Counted from the first letter of the stretch, positions 26,718 through 37,058 are shown. The stretch: DNA of 64,000 bases from Candidatus Binatus sp. (GCA_050010075.1 JBEKLS010000001.1:6563-70562), one strand, 5' to 3'. Notes: a model not told the origin generated them from the sequence alone. Numbers and translations: made by a program.

Positions 26718-27659
26718 ATGTCTTTACAGCTCATTCGTCCCGACATCAATCTCGATTTCGTCGGCAAGCGTTATTTCTTCGTCGCGCTTTCGACCGCGAT
26801 CAACCTGCTCGCGATCGTGCTGCTGTTCACCAGGGGCCTCAACTATGGCGTCGATTTCGCCGGCGGTAGCGTCGCGCAAATCGAATTCACCACCCGCACC
26901 AACGGCGACGCCGTCACCAAAGCGCTCGCGCCGCTCGATCTCGGCGAGGTCACGGTCCAGGACTTCGGCAAGGCCGGCCAGTCGTTCCTCGCGCGCTTCC
27001 AGGCCTTCAAGAATATAGGCAGCATCGGGCCGAGGCTCGAAGGCGCGCTCGACAAGGCCTACGGCCCCGGCATCGCCAAGGTCGTGCGCGTCGAGAGCGT
27101 CGGCGCCAAGGTCGGCAGCGACCTGCGCCGCAAGGGCTTCGCCGCGGTCATCATCGCGACCATCTTCATGGGCGTGTACATTGCCATCCAGTTCCGCCAC
27201 GTGAGCTGGAGTTTCGGCGCGGGCGCCGTAATCGCTCTCATCCACGACGTGCTGGTCGTGATGTGCGCGTTGGTCATCAGCCAGTACCAGTTCGATTTGA
27301 CCACGCTTGCCGCGGTGCTCACCGTTATCGGCTACTCGGTGCATGACACCATCATTGTTTCGGACCGCATCCGCGAAGACTCGACCAAGCGCCGCCGCGA
27401 GCCGATCGCGAGCATCATGAATCGCGCGATCAACGAGACTCTCTCGCGCACGATCCTGACTTCGGGCACCGCGATCGTCGTGCTGCTCTCGCTGCTCGCG
27501 TTCGGCGGCCCGATCCTGCGCCCGTCGGCGTTCACCCTGCTGATCGGTTTCATCACCGGCACCTACTCGTCGATCTACATCGCGGGCCCGGTGGTCCTGT
27601 TCTGGGAAGGCGACTCCGGCCGCACCAGGACGCGCACCGGATCATCGCGCGCAGCCTGA
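26718..27659 (+). CDS. secF: Protein-export membrane protein SecF
   Basis: LNYGVDFAGGSVAQIEF is the canonical SecF start, with the 6-transmembrane SecDF C-domain. No secD is adjacent. Confidence 0.85.
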   Translation: MSLQLIRPDINLDFVGKRYFFVALSTAINLLAIVLLFTRGLNYGVDFAGGSVAQIEFTTRTNGDAVTKALAPLDLGEVTVQDFGKAGQSFLARFQAFKNIGSIGPRLEGALDKAYGPGIAKVVRVESVGAKVGSDLRRKGFAAVIIATIFMGVYIAIQFRHVSWSFGAGAVIALIHDVLVVMCALVISQYQFDLTTLAAVLTVIGYSVHDTIIVSDRIREDSTKRRREPIASIMNRAINETLSRTILTSGTAIVVLLSLLAFGGPILRPSAFTLLIGFITGTYSSIYIAGPVVLFWEGDSGRTRTRTGSSRAA

Positions 27660-27665
27660 TCTTCG

Positions 27666-27971
27666 TTGAAAACCGGCCGCGGCATCTACGCGATCGTGAA
27701 CGCTCGGCCAATCGAGCGGAGCGCCGACGCGACAGTGCTGACGATAAGCCTCGAGCGCGCCGACGGAATTGAAAAAGTAGCGCTTCGATTCCGCATAGCA
27801 ACGGCGCTAATTGATCCCGCCGACTCTCCCGACAAACTGATCGAGCGAATCACGCCATGGCTGGAGCGCGAATTCGAACAAACGCGTGAAGCGGCCCTGA
27901 AATCGATCCGCACAGAGCACAAGCTGCTGGAGATCGCCTTCGACCACGAACACCCCGGCCCCTTCGTGTAG
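27666..27971 (+). CDS. Hypothetical protein
   Basis: 101 aa, coding-like, no motif recognised. Confidence 0.35.
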   Translation: MKTGRGIYAIVNARPIERSADATVLTISLERADGIEKVALRFRIATALIDPADSPDKLIERITPWLEREFEQTREAALKSIRTEHKLLEIAFDHEHPGPFV

Positions 27972-28104
27972 CCAGCGCAGCGCCAGATACCGGATTGGGT
28001 AGCGCCAGCGAGCACCGAGAAAAATCCGGGGTCCCTCGGCTACGCTCGGGATGACACGGAAAAAAAAGTTCGAACAGGGACGAAGTCCCGCATCTTTCTT
28101 CTAA

Positions 28105-28163
28105 TACTGGGTGCAGGGGTCACCCTTGCCCAAGGAAGCGTGAAACCCACGGAGGGGTTTCAC
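28105..28163 (+). repeat. Family B 63-bp two-hairpin element, copy 1
   Basis: tactgggtgcaggggtcacccttgcccaaggaagcgtgaaacccacggaggggtttcaca. Confidence 0.55.
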
Positions 28164-28228
28164 ATTCAATCAAGTGATTTCCCCGCGCACGCACATCCGC
28201 GCTACGATTCTCGTAGAGGTTTCCCCCA

Positions 28229-28714
28229 ATGCCCATCGAGATTCGACGCGCTACTGAATCTGATATCCCCGAACTCTCGCGCCTGGTCGCCGGGCTGGCC
28301 GCATGGGAACAGTCTCTCGACCCGCGCGTGCAATTCGATTGGGACGGTATTCGCGACGCGCCCAACTGGCTGAAACTCGTGCTCAATCGCGCCCATCATG
28401 CGGTCTGGGTCGCCAGTTCCGACGGCCGCCTTGTCGGCCATCTGTGGATTCGTCTCAAGCGCCAGGCCGACGGCGCGATTCCTCAGTCCATCGGCTATAT
28501 CAGCCAGGCTTTCATGGACGAGAACTTCCGGGGACGCGGGCTAATGAAGCCGATGCTCGAGGCGGCCTACGAATGGTTCCGCGACGCCGGCATCACGGTC
28601 ATCACGCTGAGCGTCCTGCACCGCAACTGGGTCGGCGCCACAGCATGGCATCGTCTCGGCTTCAGCGACTGGCGCGAAGAGCGCCGAATGGACCTGAAAC
28701 CCCGCCCAAAGTAA
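28229..28714 (+). CDS. GNAT-family N-acetyltransferase
   Basis: Motif A is QAFMDENFRGRGLMKPMLEAAYEWF. 161 aa. Confidence 0.8.
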   Translation: MPIEIRRATESDIPELSRLVAGLAAWEQSLDPRVQFDWDGIRDAPNWLKLVLNRAHHAVWVASSDGRLVGHLWIRLKRQADGAIPQSIGYISQAFMDENFRGRGLMKPMLEAAYEWFRDAGITVITLSVLHRNWVGATAWHRLGFSDWREERRMDLKPRPK

Positions 28715-28756
28715 GCCCGTCGCCCACCGGCTTTCTTTTTGTGTTTTCTTATTCTT

Positions 28757-28975
28757 TGTGTCATCCCGAATCCTTTGGTCATCCCGGGATCTTTGTGTCA
28801 TCCCGAGCGAAGCCGAGTGGACCCCCGAATCTTTCTCGGCGCCCGCCAACGCACCCCCAACCACGGCTCGACCGCTCCGCCCGCCATGTCATTCTGAGCG
28901 AAGCGAAGAATCCCGGATCTTTCTCGACGCTCGCAACGCACCCCCAACCACGGCTCAACCACTCCGCTCGCAGCA
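28757..28975. repeat. Tandem cluster of TGTCATYC MITE heads and halves (VILSEAKNP-type repeat)
   Basis: Three gtcatcccg heads are at 28759/28778/28797, and a tgtcattctgagcgaagcgaagaatcccggatctttctcg unit is at about 28884. It matches 52188-52336 and 14161-14205. Confidence 0.6.
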
Positions 28976-29196
28976 CCTCTGACCGCTCGGATAGCTCGAT
29001 AATTACCCTTGACAACCCAACGCAATCGCTTTACTAGACTGAATGGGTCCAGTATTCCCAAGAGACGGTTTCCATTTGACTGCTCGCGGATAAGCCTTAT
29101 ACTATACCTAGCAGGTCCACTATTAGGGATTATCGCGTTTCTGGCGCCAACAAACCCGGGAAGCACTGAATAGATACTGGAAAAACCGAGACCACG

Positions 29197-30414
29197 ATGT
29201 TGAAGAAGCCCGTTTACATGGACAATCATGCGACCACGCGCGTTGATTCGCGCGTGCTCGATGCGATGTTGCCGTATTTCACCGAGAAGTTCGGCAACGC
29301 CGCCAGCCGCAACCACAGCTTCGGCTGGGAAGCGGAAGAGGCCGTCGACCGCTCGCGTAATCAGATCGCGGCGCTCATCGGCGCCAAGTCCAAAGAAATT
29401 ATTTTCACCAGCGGCGCCACCGAGTCCGACAACCTCGCAATCAAGGGCGTCGTCGAGTTTTACAAAGACAAGGGCAACCACATCATCAGCTGCGTCACCG
29501 AGCATAAGGCCGTGCTCGACAGTTGCCGCACGCTCGAACGTGCAGGCAAAGCGACGGTGACCTACCTGCCGGTCGACAAGTACGGGATGGTCGATCCGGA
29601 CGCGGTGCGCCGCGCGATCACCGACAAGACCGTGCTTATCACGATCATGTGGGCCAACAACGAAATCGGTACGATTCATCCGATCGCCGAGATCGGCAAG
29701 ATCGCGAAAGAAAAGGGCATCGTCTTCCATTGCGACGCTGTCCAGGCAATCGGCAAGGTGCCGGTCGACGTCGAGAAGGCGGGCGTAGATCTCGCGTCGA
29801 TCACCGCGCACAAGATTTACGGACCGAAGGGCATCGGCGCGATTTACGTTCGCTCGAAGGGACCGCGCGTGCGCCTGACTCCGCAGATGGACGGCGGCGG
29901 CCACGAGCGCGGGATGCGCTCAGGGACGCTCAACGTTCCCGGTATCGTCGGCCTCGGTGCGGCGTGCGAAATATCGGGCATGGAAATGCCTGACGAAGCG
30001 CAGCGCCTCATTCAGCTTCGCAGCCAGCTGCAGGCTGGGCTGTTCGAGCGCCTCGACGAGATTTACGTCAACGGTCATCCGACCGAGCGCCTGCCGGGCA
30101 ACCTGAACGTGAGCTTCGCGTATGTCGAAGGCGAGTCGCTCCTGATGGGTATCAACGATATCGCCGTCAGCTCGGGCTCCGCATGCACCTCGGCGACGCT
30201 CGAGCCGTCGTACGTCATTCGCGCGCTGGGAATCGACGACGAACTAGCGCACAGCTCGATTCGCTTCGGGCTGGGTCGTTTCAACACGCTGGAAGAAGTC
30301 GACTACGTGACGGACCGCGTCAGCCGCGAAGTGAAGCGGCTGCGCGAGATGTCGCCGTTGTACGAGATGGCGAAAGAAGGAATCGATCTCAAGTCGGTCA
30401 ATTGGAAGTCGTAA
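29197..30414 (+). CDS. iscS: Cysteine desulfurase IscS
   Basis: The PLP lysine is in [14 protein letters not shown] and the active-site cysteine in SSGSACTS. It is the first gene of the isc operon. Confidence 0.9.
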   Translation: MLKKPVYMDNHATTRVDSRVLDAMLPYFTEKFGNAASRNHSFGWEAEEAVDRSRNQIAALIGAKSKEIIFTSGATESDNLAIKGVVEFYKDKGNHIISCVTEHKAVLDSCRTLERAGKATVTYLPVDKYGMVDPDAVRRAITDKTVLITIMWANNEIGTIHPIAEIGKIAKEKGIVFHCDAVQAIGKVPVDVEKAGVDLASITAHKIYGPKGIGAIYVRSKGPRVRLTPQMDGGGHERGMRSGTLNVPGIVGLGAACEISGMEMPDEAQRLIQLRSQLQAGLFERLDEIYVNGHPTERLPGNLNVSFAYVEGESLLMGINDIAVSSGSACTSATLEPSYVIRALGIDDELAHSSIRFGLGRFNTLEEVDYVTDRVSREVKRLREMSPLYEMAKEGIDLKSVNWKS

Positions 30415-30444
30415 CGCGACGACGCGCGAAATAGGAAAAAAATC

Positions 30445-30867
30445 ATGGCTTACTCAGATAAGGTTATCGAGCACTACAACAATCCGCGCAACGTCGGCAG
30501 CTTCGCCAAGGACGAGCCGGGCGTCGGCACGGGCGTCGTCGGTGCGCCGGAATGCGGCGACGTGATGAAGCTGCAGTTGAAAATTGGCGACGACGGCGTC
30601 ATCGAGGATGCGCGCTTCAAGACCTTCGGATGCGGCAGCGCGATTGCCAGTTCGAGCTACGTCACCGAACTCGTCAAGGGCAAGCATATCGACGAGGCGA
30701 TGACGATTAAGAACACCGTCATCGTGAAGGAACTGAACCTGCCGCCGGTGAAGATTCACTGCTCGGTCCTGGCCGAGGACGCGATCAAGGCCGCGATCAC
30801 CGACTGGCGCAAGCGCAAGGGCGACGATGTCGCCGCAGCAGAGCCGTCCAAGTCGAAGGAGGCCTAA
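30445..30867 (+). CDS. iscU: Fe-S cluster scaffold IscU
   Basis: GAPECGDVMKLQ, TFGCGSAIASSS and HCSVLAEDAIKAA conserved Cys motifs. Confidence 0.9.
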   Translation: MAYSDKVIEHYNNPRNVGSFAKDEPGVGTGVVGAPECGDVMKLQLKIGDDGVIEDARFKTFGCGSAIASSSYVTELVKGKHIDEAMTIKNTVIVKELNLPPVKIHCSVLAEDAIKAAITDWRKRKGDDVAAAEPSKSKEA

Positions 30868-30873
30868 CGTCTC

Positions 30874-31197
30874 GTGGCTGTGATTTCACTTTCCGAGGGC
30901 GCTGCCCACAAGATCAAGCAACTGGTCGCCGACAAGGGCGAAGGCGCGGGGCTGCGCGTAAAAGTCGTCGGCGGTGGATGCTCAGGCTTGCAGTACCGGA
31001 TGGAAATCGACGCCGCCAAGGAACGCGACAAGGTTTTCGAGCGCGACGGCGCGCGTCTGATTGTCGATAAGAAAAGTTTTCTCTACCTCAACGGCTCCGA
31101 GCTCGACTACGGTGAAGAACTGATGTCGTCGGGCTTCAAGGTCGTCAATCCAAATGCCAAACGCAGTTGCGGATGTGGAGAATCGTTCGTCGTATGA
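30874..31197 (+). CDS. iscA: Fe-S cluster carrier IscA (HesB family)
   Basis: The C-terminal CGCGESF; GTG start. Confidence 0.85.
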   Translation: MAVISLSEGAAHKIKQLVADKGEGAGLRVKVVGGGCSGLQYRMEIDAAKERDKVFERDGARLIVDKKSFLYLNGSELDYGEELMSSGFKVVNPNAKRSCGCGESFVV

Positions 31198-31227
31198 ACG
31201 AGTGGACGTGGGGACTGCTGTCTCAAG

Positions 31228-31866
31228 ATGATCGAATGCCCTTCATGTGGAAAGCGGCAAGAGCCGCTGCTGACTTGCGCTGAATGCGGCACGCCGCTCG
31301 CGGCGCCGCTCGATTGTTTCGCCGCGCTCGGACTCCCGCGCAAGCTAACGATTGATCTCGACGCACTCGAGCGCCGCTATCACGAATTGAGCCGCAAGCT
31401 TCATCCCGACCGCTTCGTGTCTAAAGGACCCAAAGTTCGCGACGCGAGTCTGCGCGCCACCGCCATGCTCACCCGCAGCTACCGCACGCTGCGCGACCCC
31501 GTCGCGCGCGGCCTCTACTGGCTCGAACTTCGCGACGAGAAGCTGGCAGACAACAACAAGCGCGTGCCGCCCGAAGTCGCCGAGCTGGTGTTCGAGGTGC
31601 AGGAGCAGCTAGCCGAGATGCAGCTTTCGCCGGATCCCGAAGCCGCGCACGAGCTCGCCACGGAAATCACGGCGCGCCGCGTTCAACTTCAATTCACGAT
31701 GGATGAAAGGCTGGTCGAGCTCGAACGACATTTCGCGAAATGGAATCAGCCGGCCGACGAAAAAATGCTTACATTGGAGTTGAAAGCGATTCTGTCCAAC
31801 ATCGCCTATCTGCGCACGCTGATTCGCGACGTCGATCGCGCGCTCGAGAACGCAAAGGCCGCGTGA
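31228..31866 (+). CDS. hscB: Co-chaperone HscB with an N-terminal 4-Cys zinc finger
   Basis: CPSCGKRQEPLLTCAECGT, then a J-domain with HPD (LHPDRF). Confidence 0.8.
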   Translation: MIECPSCGKRQEPLLTCAECGTPLAAPLDCFAALGLPRKLTIDLDALERRYHELSRKLHPDRFVSKGPKVRDASLRATAMLTRSYRTLRDPVARGLYWLELRDEKLADNNKRVPPEVAELVFEVQEQLAEMQLSPDPEAAHELATEITARRVQLQFTMDERLVELERHFAKWNQPADEKMLTLELKAILSNIAYLRTLIRDVDRALENAKAA

Positions 31867-31875
31867 CGAACTGAA

Positions 31876-33744
31876 ATGTCCAAGATTTTCGGCATAGACC
31901 TCGGCACCACCAACAGCCTCATCGCTGCCATGGAAAATGGAGAGCCGCGCGTGCTCGCGGTCGGCGAGAAAGGCAGCGCACTGCTGCCGAGCGTCGTTGC
32001 GATCGCGCCCGATGGCGCCGTCACCGTCGGCGAACGCGCAATCGAAATGGAACCGCATCTGACGGTCGAGCGCGACGGCCGCGTGAGCGCAGTCGGCTTC
32101 GCCGGCGGCGAATACGGCGCGGTCATTCGATCCGTCAAGCGTTATATGGGATTGGGCGGTGACGAAATCGCGCCCGAAGATCGCGCGCGCTACACCTTCG
32201 CCGATCTCAGCGGCCCGGTCGTGCGCTTTCAAATCGGCAAGCGCGTCTTCACGCCCTCGCAAATCTCGGCTGAAATCCTGCGCGCGCTGAAAGATGGCGC
32301 CGAACGCACGCTGGGCAACGGCGAGAAAGTCGAGCGGGTCGTAATCACCGTGCCCGCCTACTTCAACGACGGCCAACGCCAGGCCACCAAGGACGCGGGC
32401 CGCCTCGCCGGTCTCGAAGTCGTGCGCCTGGTGAACGAGCCGACCGCAGCGTCGCTCGCCTACGGCCTCAACAAAATAGCCACCGGCAACGTCGCAGTGT
32501 TCGACTTCGGCGGCGGCACTTTCGACATCTCAATTCTCAGTATCAAGGAAGGAATCTTCGAGGTGCTCGCGACCAACGGCGATACCCATCTCGGCGGCGA
32601 CGATATCGATCGCGCGATCGTCGAGTGGCTGCTGGCCGAACTCCCCGATACGCTCAAGCTCGATCGCCACGTCTGGAACAGCGCGCGCATGGCCGCCGAG
32701 GACGCCAAGAAGCGCCTCACCGACGTAGTCGAGACGGAAGTTGTCGTCGAGCTACCCGGTCATTCGATTCGCAAGCACCTGACGCGCGAGGTGCTCGAGC
32801 AGCTGGCCGCGCCGTTCATCGCACGCACGCTCAAGCGATGCCAACTGGCGATATCAGACGCCAAGCTAACGTCCGCCGATATCGATGCTGTGGTGCTGGT
32901 CGGTGGCTCGACACGGATGCCGTTGGTGCGCAATCGCGTGGCCGAGATGTTCCATAGAGAACCCCTCTGCTCGATAAACCCAGACGATGTAGTCGCTTTG
33001 GGAGCCGCAGTTCAAGCTTCTGTGCTAATGGGCACACAGGGCGACATGCTCCTGCTTGACGTCGTACCGCTGTCGCTCGGTATCGAAACGATGGGTGGCG
33101 TGATGGAACGTCTTATACATCGCAATACCACGATTCCAACCAGCGTAACTGAAGGCTTTACAACGGCTGTGGATAATCAAACACATGTTGATATCCATGT
33201 TTTGCAAGGAGAGCGAGAGCTTGCTAAAGATTGCCGGAGCTTAGCGCGCTTCAAGCTGGGCCCGATCCAGGCTCAGCCGGCGGGTGTCCCCCGCATCGAA
33301 GTCACTTTCCTCATCGATGCAAACGGGATACTAAATGTCAATGCGCGCGATGAGCGCACGGGCCGCGAGCACTCGGTCGACGTCAAGCCGAGCTATGGAC
33401 TGACGGACGATGAAATCGAGCGGATGCTCGAAGAAGCGATCGATCTTGGGGAGCAGGATCTGGAAGAGCGCCTGCTGATTTCGGCCCGTAACGACGCCGA
33501 GCAGATCCTGGGCGCACTGCGCAAGCAGCTCGGCGAATACGGCCCGCTGGCCCCAGCGGGCGAGCGAGCGCGCATGGATGAGGTGGCGGAGCGGTTGGAG
33601 GCGGCCCGAACGGGAACAGATCGAGAACTAATCGCAAAACTCGTCGAGGAGCTTAATGAGGTTACGACTCCGTTTGCGGAGCGAATCATGGATGCCGCTA
33701 TCAAGCTGGCGCTAGAGAAGAAATCAGTCGAGGAGCTGTCGTAG
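31876..33744 (+). CDS. hscA: Fe-S cluster assembly chaperone HscA (Hsp70 family)
   Basis: IDLGTTNS, DLGGGTFD, Hsp70 signatures. Confidence 0.85.
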   Translation: MSKIFGIDLGTTNSLIAAMENGEPRVLAVGEKGSALLPSVVAIAPDGAVTVGERAIEMEPHLTVERDGRVSAVGFAGGEYGAVIRSVKRYMGLGGDEIAPEDRARYTFADLSGPVVRFQIGKRVFTPSQISAEILRALKDGAERTLGNGEKVERVVITVPAYFNDGQRQATKDAGRLAGLEVVRLVNEPTAASLAYGLNKIATGNVAVFDFGGGTFDISILSIKEGIFEVLATNGDTHLGGDDIDRAIVEWLLAELPDTLKLDRHVWNSARMAAEDAKKRLTDVVETEVVVELPGHSIRKHLTREVLEQLAAPFIARTLKRCQLAISDAKLTSADIDAVVLVGGSTRMPLVRNRVAEMFHREPLCSINPDDVVALGAAVQASVLMGTQGDMLLLDVVPLSLGIETMGGVMERLIHRNTTIPTSVTEGFTTAVDNQTHVDIHVLQGERELAKDCRSLARFKLGPIQAQPAGVPRIEVTFLIDANGILNVNARDERTGREHSVDVKPSYGLTDDEIERMLEEAIDLGEQDLEERLLISARNDAEQILGALRKQLGEYGPLAPAGERARMDEVAERLEAARTGTDRELIAKLVEELNEVTTPFAERIMDAAIKLALEKKSVEELS

Positions 33745-33785
33745 CGGGTCTGCAACGGAATTCTGACGAGGGACGTACATTAGCG

Positions 33786-34010
33786 ATGGGACTGAAGTGG
33801 GATCAGGCCGAAGAATTGGCGGAAGTGCTGGCGGAAAATCATCCGGGGTTGAACCCGCTCGACGCGCGCTTCACAGATCTGCGTCAATGGGTAATCGATC
33901 TCGACGAATTTGACGATAACCGCGAGGGTTCAACCGAAGCAAAACTGGAAGCAATCCAGATGGCATGGCACGAAATCTATAAGGAACAGAACGAAGACGA
34001 CGCGGAATAG
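33786..34010 (+). CDS. iscX: Fe-S assembly protein IscX (YfhJ)
   Basis: MGLKWDQAEELAEVLAENHPGLNPLDARFTDLRQWVIDLDEFDD aligns with E. coli IscX (MGLKW...VRFTD..QW..DL.DFDD). Confidence 0.7.
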   Translation: MGLKWDQAEELAEVLAENHPGLNPLDARFTDLRQWVIDLDEFDDNREGSTEAKLEAIQMAWHEIYKEQNEDDAE

Positions 34011-34060
34011 ACTCTGAATAGGCGTAGAAGTGGCTACGTCAAAATTAACGGGGAGGTGGG

Positions 34061-34702
34061 GTGGTGGACGCACATAGCACGACACTGAAGGCGGGTAACG
34101 GAGAGAAGATGCAGGAAAAGGAAACACTGGACGAAAGATTGCCGGGGTTGTTTGAGCCCGACACCCTTTTGCCCATCCAATACTTCGAGGCGATGCGCAA
34201 GAAGCATCTGCTCGAGGGCGAAAAACGGCTCATCCTGAGCGTGCTCGAGGACGCGATCGAATGCTTCATGAAATGCATCGACGCATCCACCAGCAAGGGT
34301 CAGCGATTGTTCCGCGACGCCGACGAATGGATCGCGCACGAGGACAAGCGCTGGGTCTTCTCGTTCGACAACGTCTGCGACATGCTCGATATCAATCCCG
34401 AGTACATGCGGATGGGTCTGCGCAAGTGGAAGGACAAGCGGCTCGATGCGATCGCGCGCCGGCGTGCGGCGATGGTGCTCGAGGCGGAGCGGACAGCCGC
34501 GGAGGCTGCGTTGCAGCCGGCGGCGGGCGACGCCGCGATAGCGGCGGCGCCGATGGTTGCGGCCGCGGCCGCGCCCGCGGTCGCACGGCAGAAGCCCGCG
34601 ACCAAGGTCGCGGGCAAAGCGGCGGCGCGCGTCAAGCGCCGCCCCGAGCGCGTTCGCATCGCGAAGCGCTCGTCCGGAAAACTGCGCAAAGCGCGCGCTT
34701 AG
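34061..34702 (+). CDS. Hypothetical protein with an Ala-rich basic C-terminus
   Basis: Coding-like; the start is uncertain (GTG at 34061 or ATG at 34107). Confidence 0.4.
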   Translation: MVDAHSTTLKAGNGEKMQEKETLDERLPGLFEPDTLLPIQYFEAMRKKHLLEGEKRLILSVLEDAIECFMKCIDASTSKGQRLFRDADEWIAHEDKRWVFSFDNVCDMLDINPEYMRMGLRKWKDKRLDAIARRRAAMVLEAERTAAEAALQPAAGDAAIAAAPMVAAAAAPAVARQKPATKVAGKAAARVKRRPERVRIAKRSSGKLRKARA

Positions 34703-34795
34703 CACGACTATATAGAAAGGGGAGCGCGAGTCTTCGACCCGCGCTCCCCTTCGCATTCGCAACCGGGAGTTGAAAATTACATTTTCAACTCCCGC

Positions 34796-35413
34796 CTACG
34801 CCCGCGCTTCCCCGCGCGCCGCCGATAGCCCCGCCACTATCACCCGCACTATCTCGCGCAGCTTGCGATGGTACCGCGCCAGGCTGGTTGCGTTCTTTTC
34901 GATTCCGTGGGCCGCCGCCACCAGCATTTGCGCTAGGTCGTCGGCGTCGAGTTCCATCCGCGCCGGCGCGAGCTCTCCCGCGCGCGTCGCCTCTTCGATC
35001 ACCTCGCGCAGCACCTTCATGTAGCGCCGGTCCGACTGCGCGAACAAATCCGCCGACTGCCGGTTCTTCGAATCCATCAGCTCGGCTGCATGCGCCGATT
35101 TGTACACCGTCTCGAACAGAAACCCGTGCTTGGCTTCGAGCACCGCGACCAGCCGCTCGTCGATGCTGCCCGGCGTCGCGCGCGCTGTCGTCACCGCCGA
35201 CTCCATCCGTTCGATCAGGCTCTCGCACAGCGCGCGGAAGATCTCCTCCTTGCTCTTGAAGCTCAGGTATACGGTACCCTTGGCGATTTCGGCCTCGCGC
35301 GCGATGTCATCGATCGAGGTGCGCCGGTAGCCGTATTGGCTGAACAGCCGTAGCGCCGCATCCAGGATAGCGGCACGCTTGGCTTCCGGCGCACCTCGTC
35401 TTTGAGTGTTCAT
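34796..35413 (-). CDS. TetR-family transcriptional regulator
   Basis: ILDAALRLFSQYGYRRTSIDDIAREAEIAKGTVYLSFKSKEEIF. Confidence 0.85.
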   Translation of the reverse strand: MNTQRRGAPEAKRAAILDAALRLFSQYGYRRTSIDDIAREAEIAKGTVYLSFKSKEEIFRALCESLIERMESAVTTARATPGSIDERLVAVLEAKHGFLFETVYKSAHAAELMDSKNRQSADLFAQSDRRYMKVLREVIEEATRAGELAPARMELDADDLAQMLVAAAHGIEKNATSLARYHRKLREIVRVIVAGLSAARGEARA

Positions 35414-35437
35414 CTCCGCGGTCTGGCGAATGCTCCG

Positions 35438-36271
35438 TTATGCCGGCAATTGCAGTAGCCGCTGCGGCCGCACCACCATCTCGAAGATATTCAACTCTAT
35501 CGGCTGCGTCACTGCGAACAGCACCGCACGCGCGACGTCGTCAGCCGACGCCAGGAACAACTTGCCCGCCGCCGCGATTTGATCGAGCACGTCGGGCGCC
35601 ACTGGCTTGCCGGGCTCGATGTCCGCTTTGATCCCGAGCGAACTCGCGATGCCCTGGACGAACTCAGGCGGAAAGTTGCGCGCGAAGTTGGTGGCGACCG
35701 CGCCCGGTATGATATTCACCACGCGAATCTTGTCGTTCTCCAGTTCCTTGCGCAGCGTCGTCGCGATCGAATTCACCGCCCACTTGGTCGAGCCGTACAC
35801 CCCCGACGCTTCGGTGCGGCCGGCAGTCGAGGAGATATTTACGACGTGCCCGGCGGCGCCGCAAGCACGCATCGCGCGAATCGCCGCCTGCGATCCGACC
35901 AGCAGCGCGAGCACATTGACCTCGAGCATCTCGCGCCAGCGCTCGGGATCGCCGTCGATTATCGAGCTCGGGAAACTGAGGCCCGCGTTGTTCACCATGA
36001 TGTCGAGCCGCCCTGTCGCCTTCACTGCCTTGTCGATCAGACCCTGCACCTGCCGCACGTCGCGCGCATCGAGCACCACCGCGGTCGCGTGCCCGCCCGC
36101 CTGCTCGATTGTCCGCACGCCTTCCTTGAGTGCGGACTCGGTCCGTCCCGCGATGAACACATGCGCGCCCGCCTCGCCGAGTCTGATCGCGATTGCGCGG
36201 CCGATTCCGCTCGACGCGCCGGTGACGATCGCGGTGCGCCCCTTGAGTGATTGAGTGTGATTGTCTGCCAT
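35438..36271 (-). CDS. SDR-family oxidoreductase
   Basis: IVTGASSGIGRAIA; NISSTAG...YGSTKWAV. Confidence 0.85.
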   Translation of the reverse strand: MADNHTQSLKGRTAIVTGASSGIGRAIAIRLGEAGAHVFIAGRTESALKEGVRTIEQAGGHATAVVLDARDVRQVQGLIDKAVKATGRLDIMVNNAGLSFPSSIIDGDPERWREMLEVNVLALLVGSQAAIRAMRACGAAGHVVNISSTAGRTEASGVYGSTKWAVNSIATTLRKELENDKIRVVNIIPGAVATNFARNFPPEFVQGIASSLGIKADIEPGKPVAPDVLDQIAAAGKLFLASADDVARAVLFAVTQPIELNIFEMVVRPQRLLQLPA

Positions 36272-36358
36272 GATTGAAACCTCCGTTGCTGAATGACCAA
36301 ATGACCGTTTAGTCTGAAACAGTCAATTAGGTTAGCAACGTGTGCAACACGATCCTAG

Positions 36359-36381
36359 CCTCTCCCTATCAGGGAGAGGCC
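36359..36381. repeat. REP-like palindrome, family A (gcctctccctatcagggagaggc)
   Basis: A perfect 10-bp-arm palindrome. Confidence 0.6.
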
Positions 36382-36471
36382 AGGACTAAACCCTTCCCAA
36401 AAACTTCGGCGGCGTCAGCCTTGCCAGCGGAACGCGCACCTCGTAGCGTTTCATCCTGTTGTCATTCCGCG

Positions 36472-36750
36472 ATGCCGCTACGAACTAAAATCGAATGCCC
36501 CGAGTGCGACGCTGACCTGGTCGTCAAGCGCGGCGGCGTATGTCCCAACTGCGGTGCTCGCATCACCGAACATGTCGCCTGGGCCCGCGCGCGCGAGAAG
36601 CGTATCGAGCAGGTCGTCGCGGTGGTCGCGACCGTGCTGGTAGTCGGCGTCGCCGTCGTCACCAGCGGCGCGACGCTGCTCGAGGGTATCGCAGCCTACG
36701 CGGTGGTCGGGGCAGTGATGTACTTTCTCGCGCGCCGCACCTTCGTCTGA
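36472..36750 (+). CDS. Zinc-ribbon plus transmembrane small protein
   Basis: The start is MPLRTKIECPECDADLVVKRGGVCPNCGARI at 36472, inside table ORF 36340..36750. One C-terminal transmembrane helix. Confidence 0.45.
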   Translation: MPLRTKIECPECDADLVVKRGGVCPNCGARITEHVAWARAREKRIEQVVAVVATVLVVGVAVVTSGATLLEGIAAYAVVGAVMYFLARRTFV

Positions 36751-37058
36751 TCTCTCGCCTGCGACTGCGTCTGATTTTTCGCGCGCGCGTTTCTGAAGAT
36801 TTGTTTATTTCCGGCCATTCGAACGCCGCCTGGAGGCTTCAGTCTGAACGCCTGTTTAGCTCCGCGCCGCCAAACCTGAACGTTCATTAAGTCGTTCTCT
36901 CCGTTGACGTTTTTCGTTTCTTTATTTTCGAAATCGTGCAACCAAACTGTTCCGATGGCGTATTCACTGCTGTGAAGATCCAGGGTGATACAGGAAGTTT
37001 CCCGAAGCGGCTCGATGGCATCCTTAATGCTCTCTCAATCGTCAGAGGTAACCAACAA

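Noticed and set aside
28303-29037. 244-aa ORF spanning the region after the GNAT gene
   Set aside because: It is composed of translated MITE/REP copies (HVILSEAKNPGSFSTLATHPQPRL repeats). It overlaps the 3' end of the real GNAT gene in another frame, so it is not a protein-coding gene.
28798-29904. 368-aa minus-strand ORF
   Set aside because: It is the antisense shadow of iscS (29197..30414) and the repeat region; the iscS identification is unambiguous.
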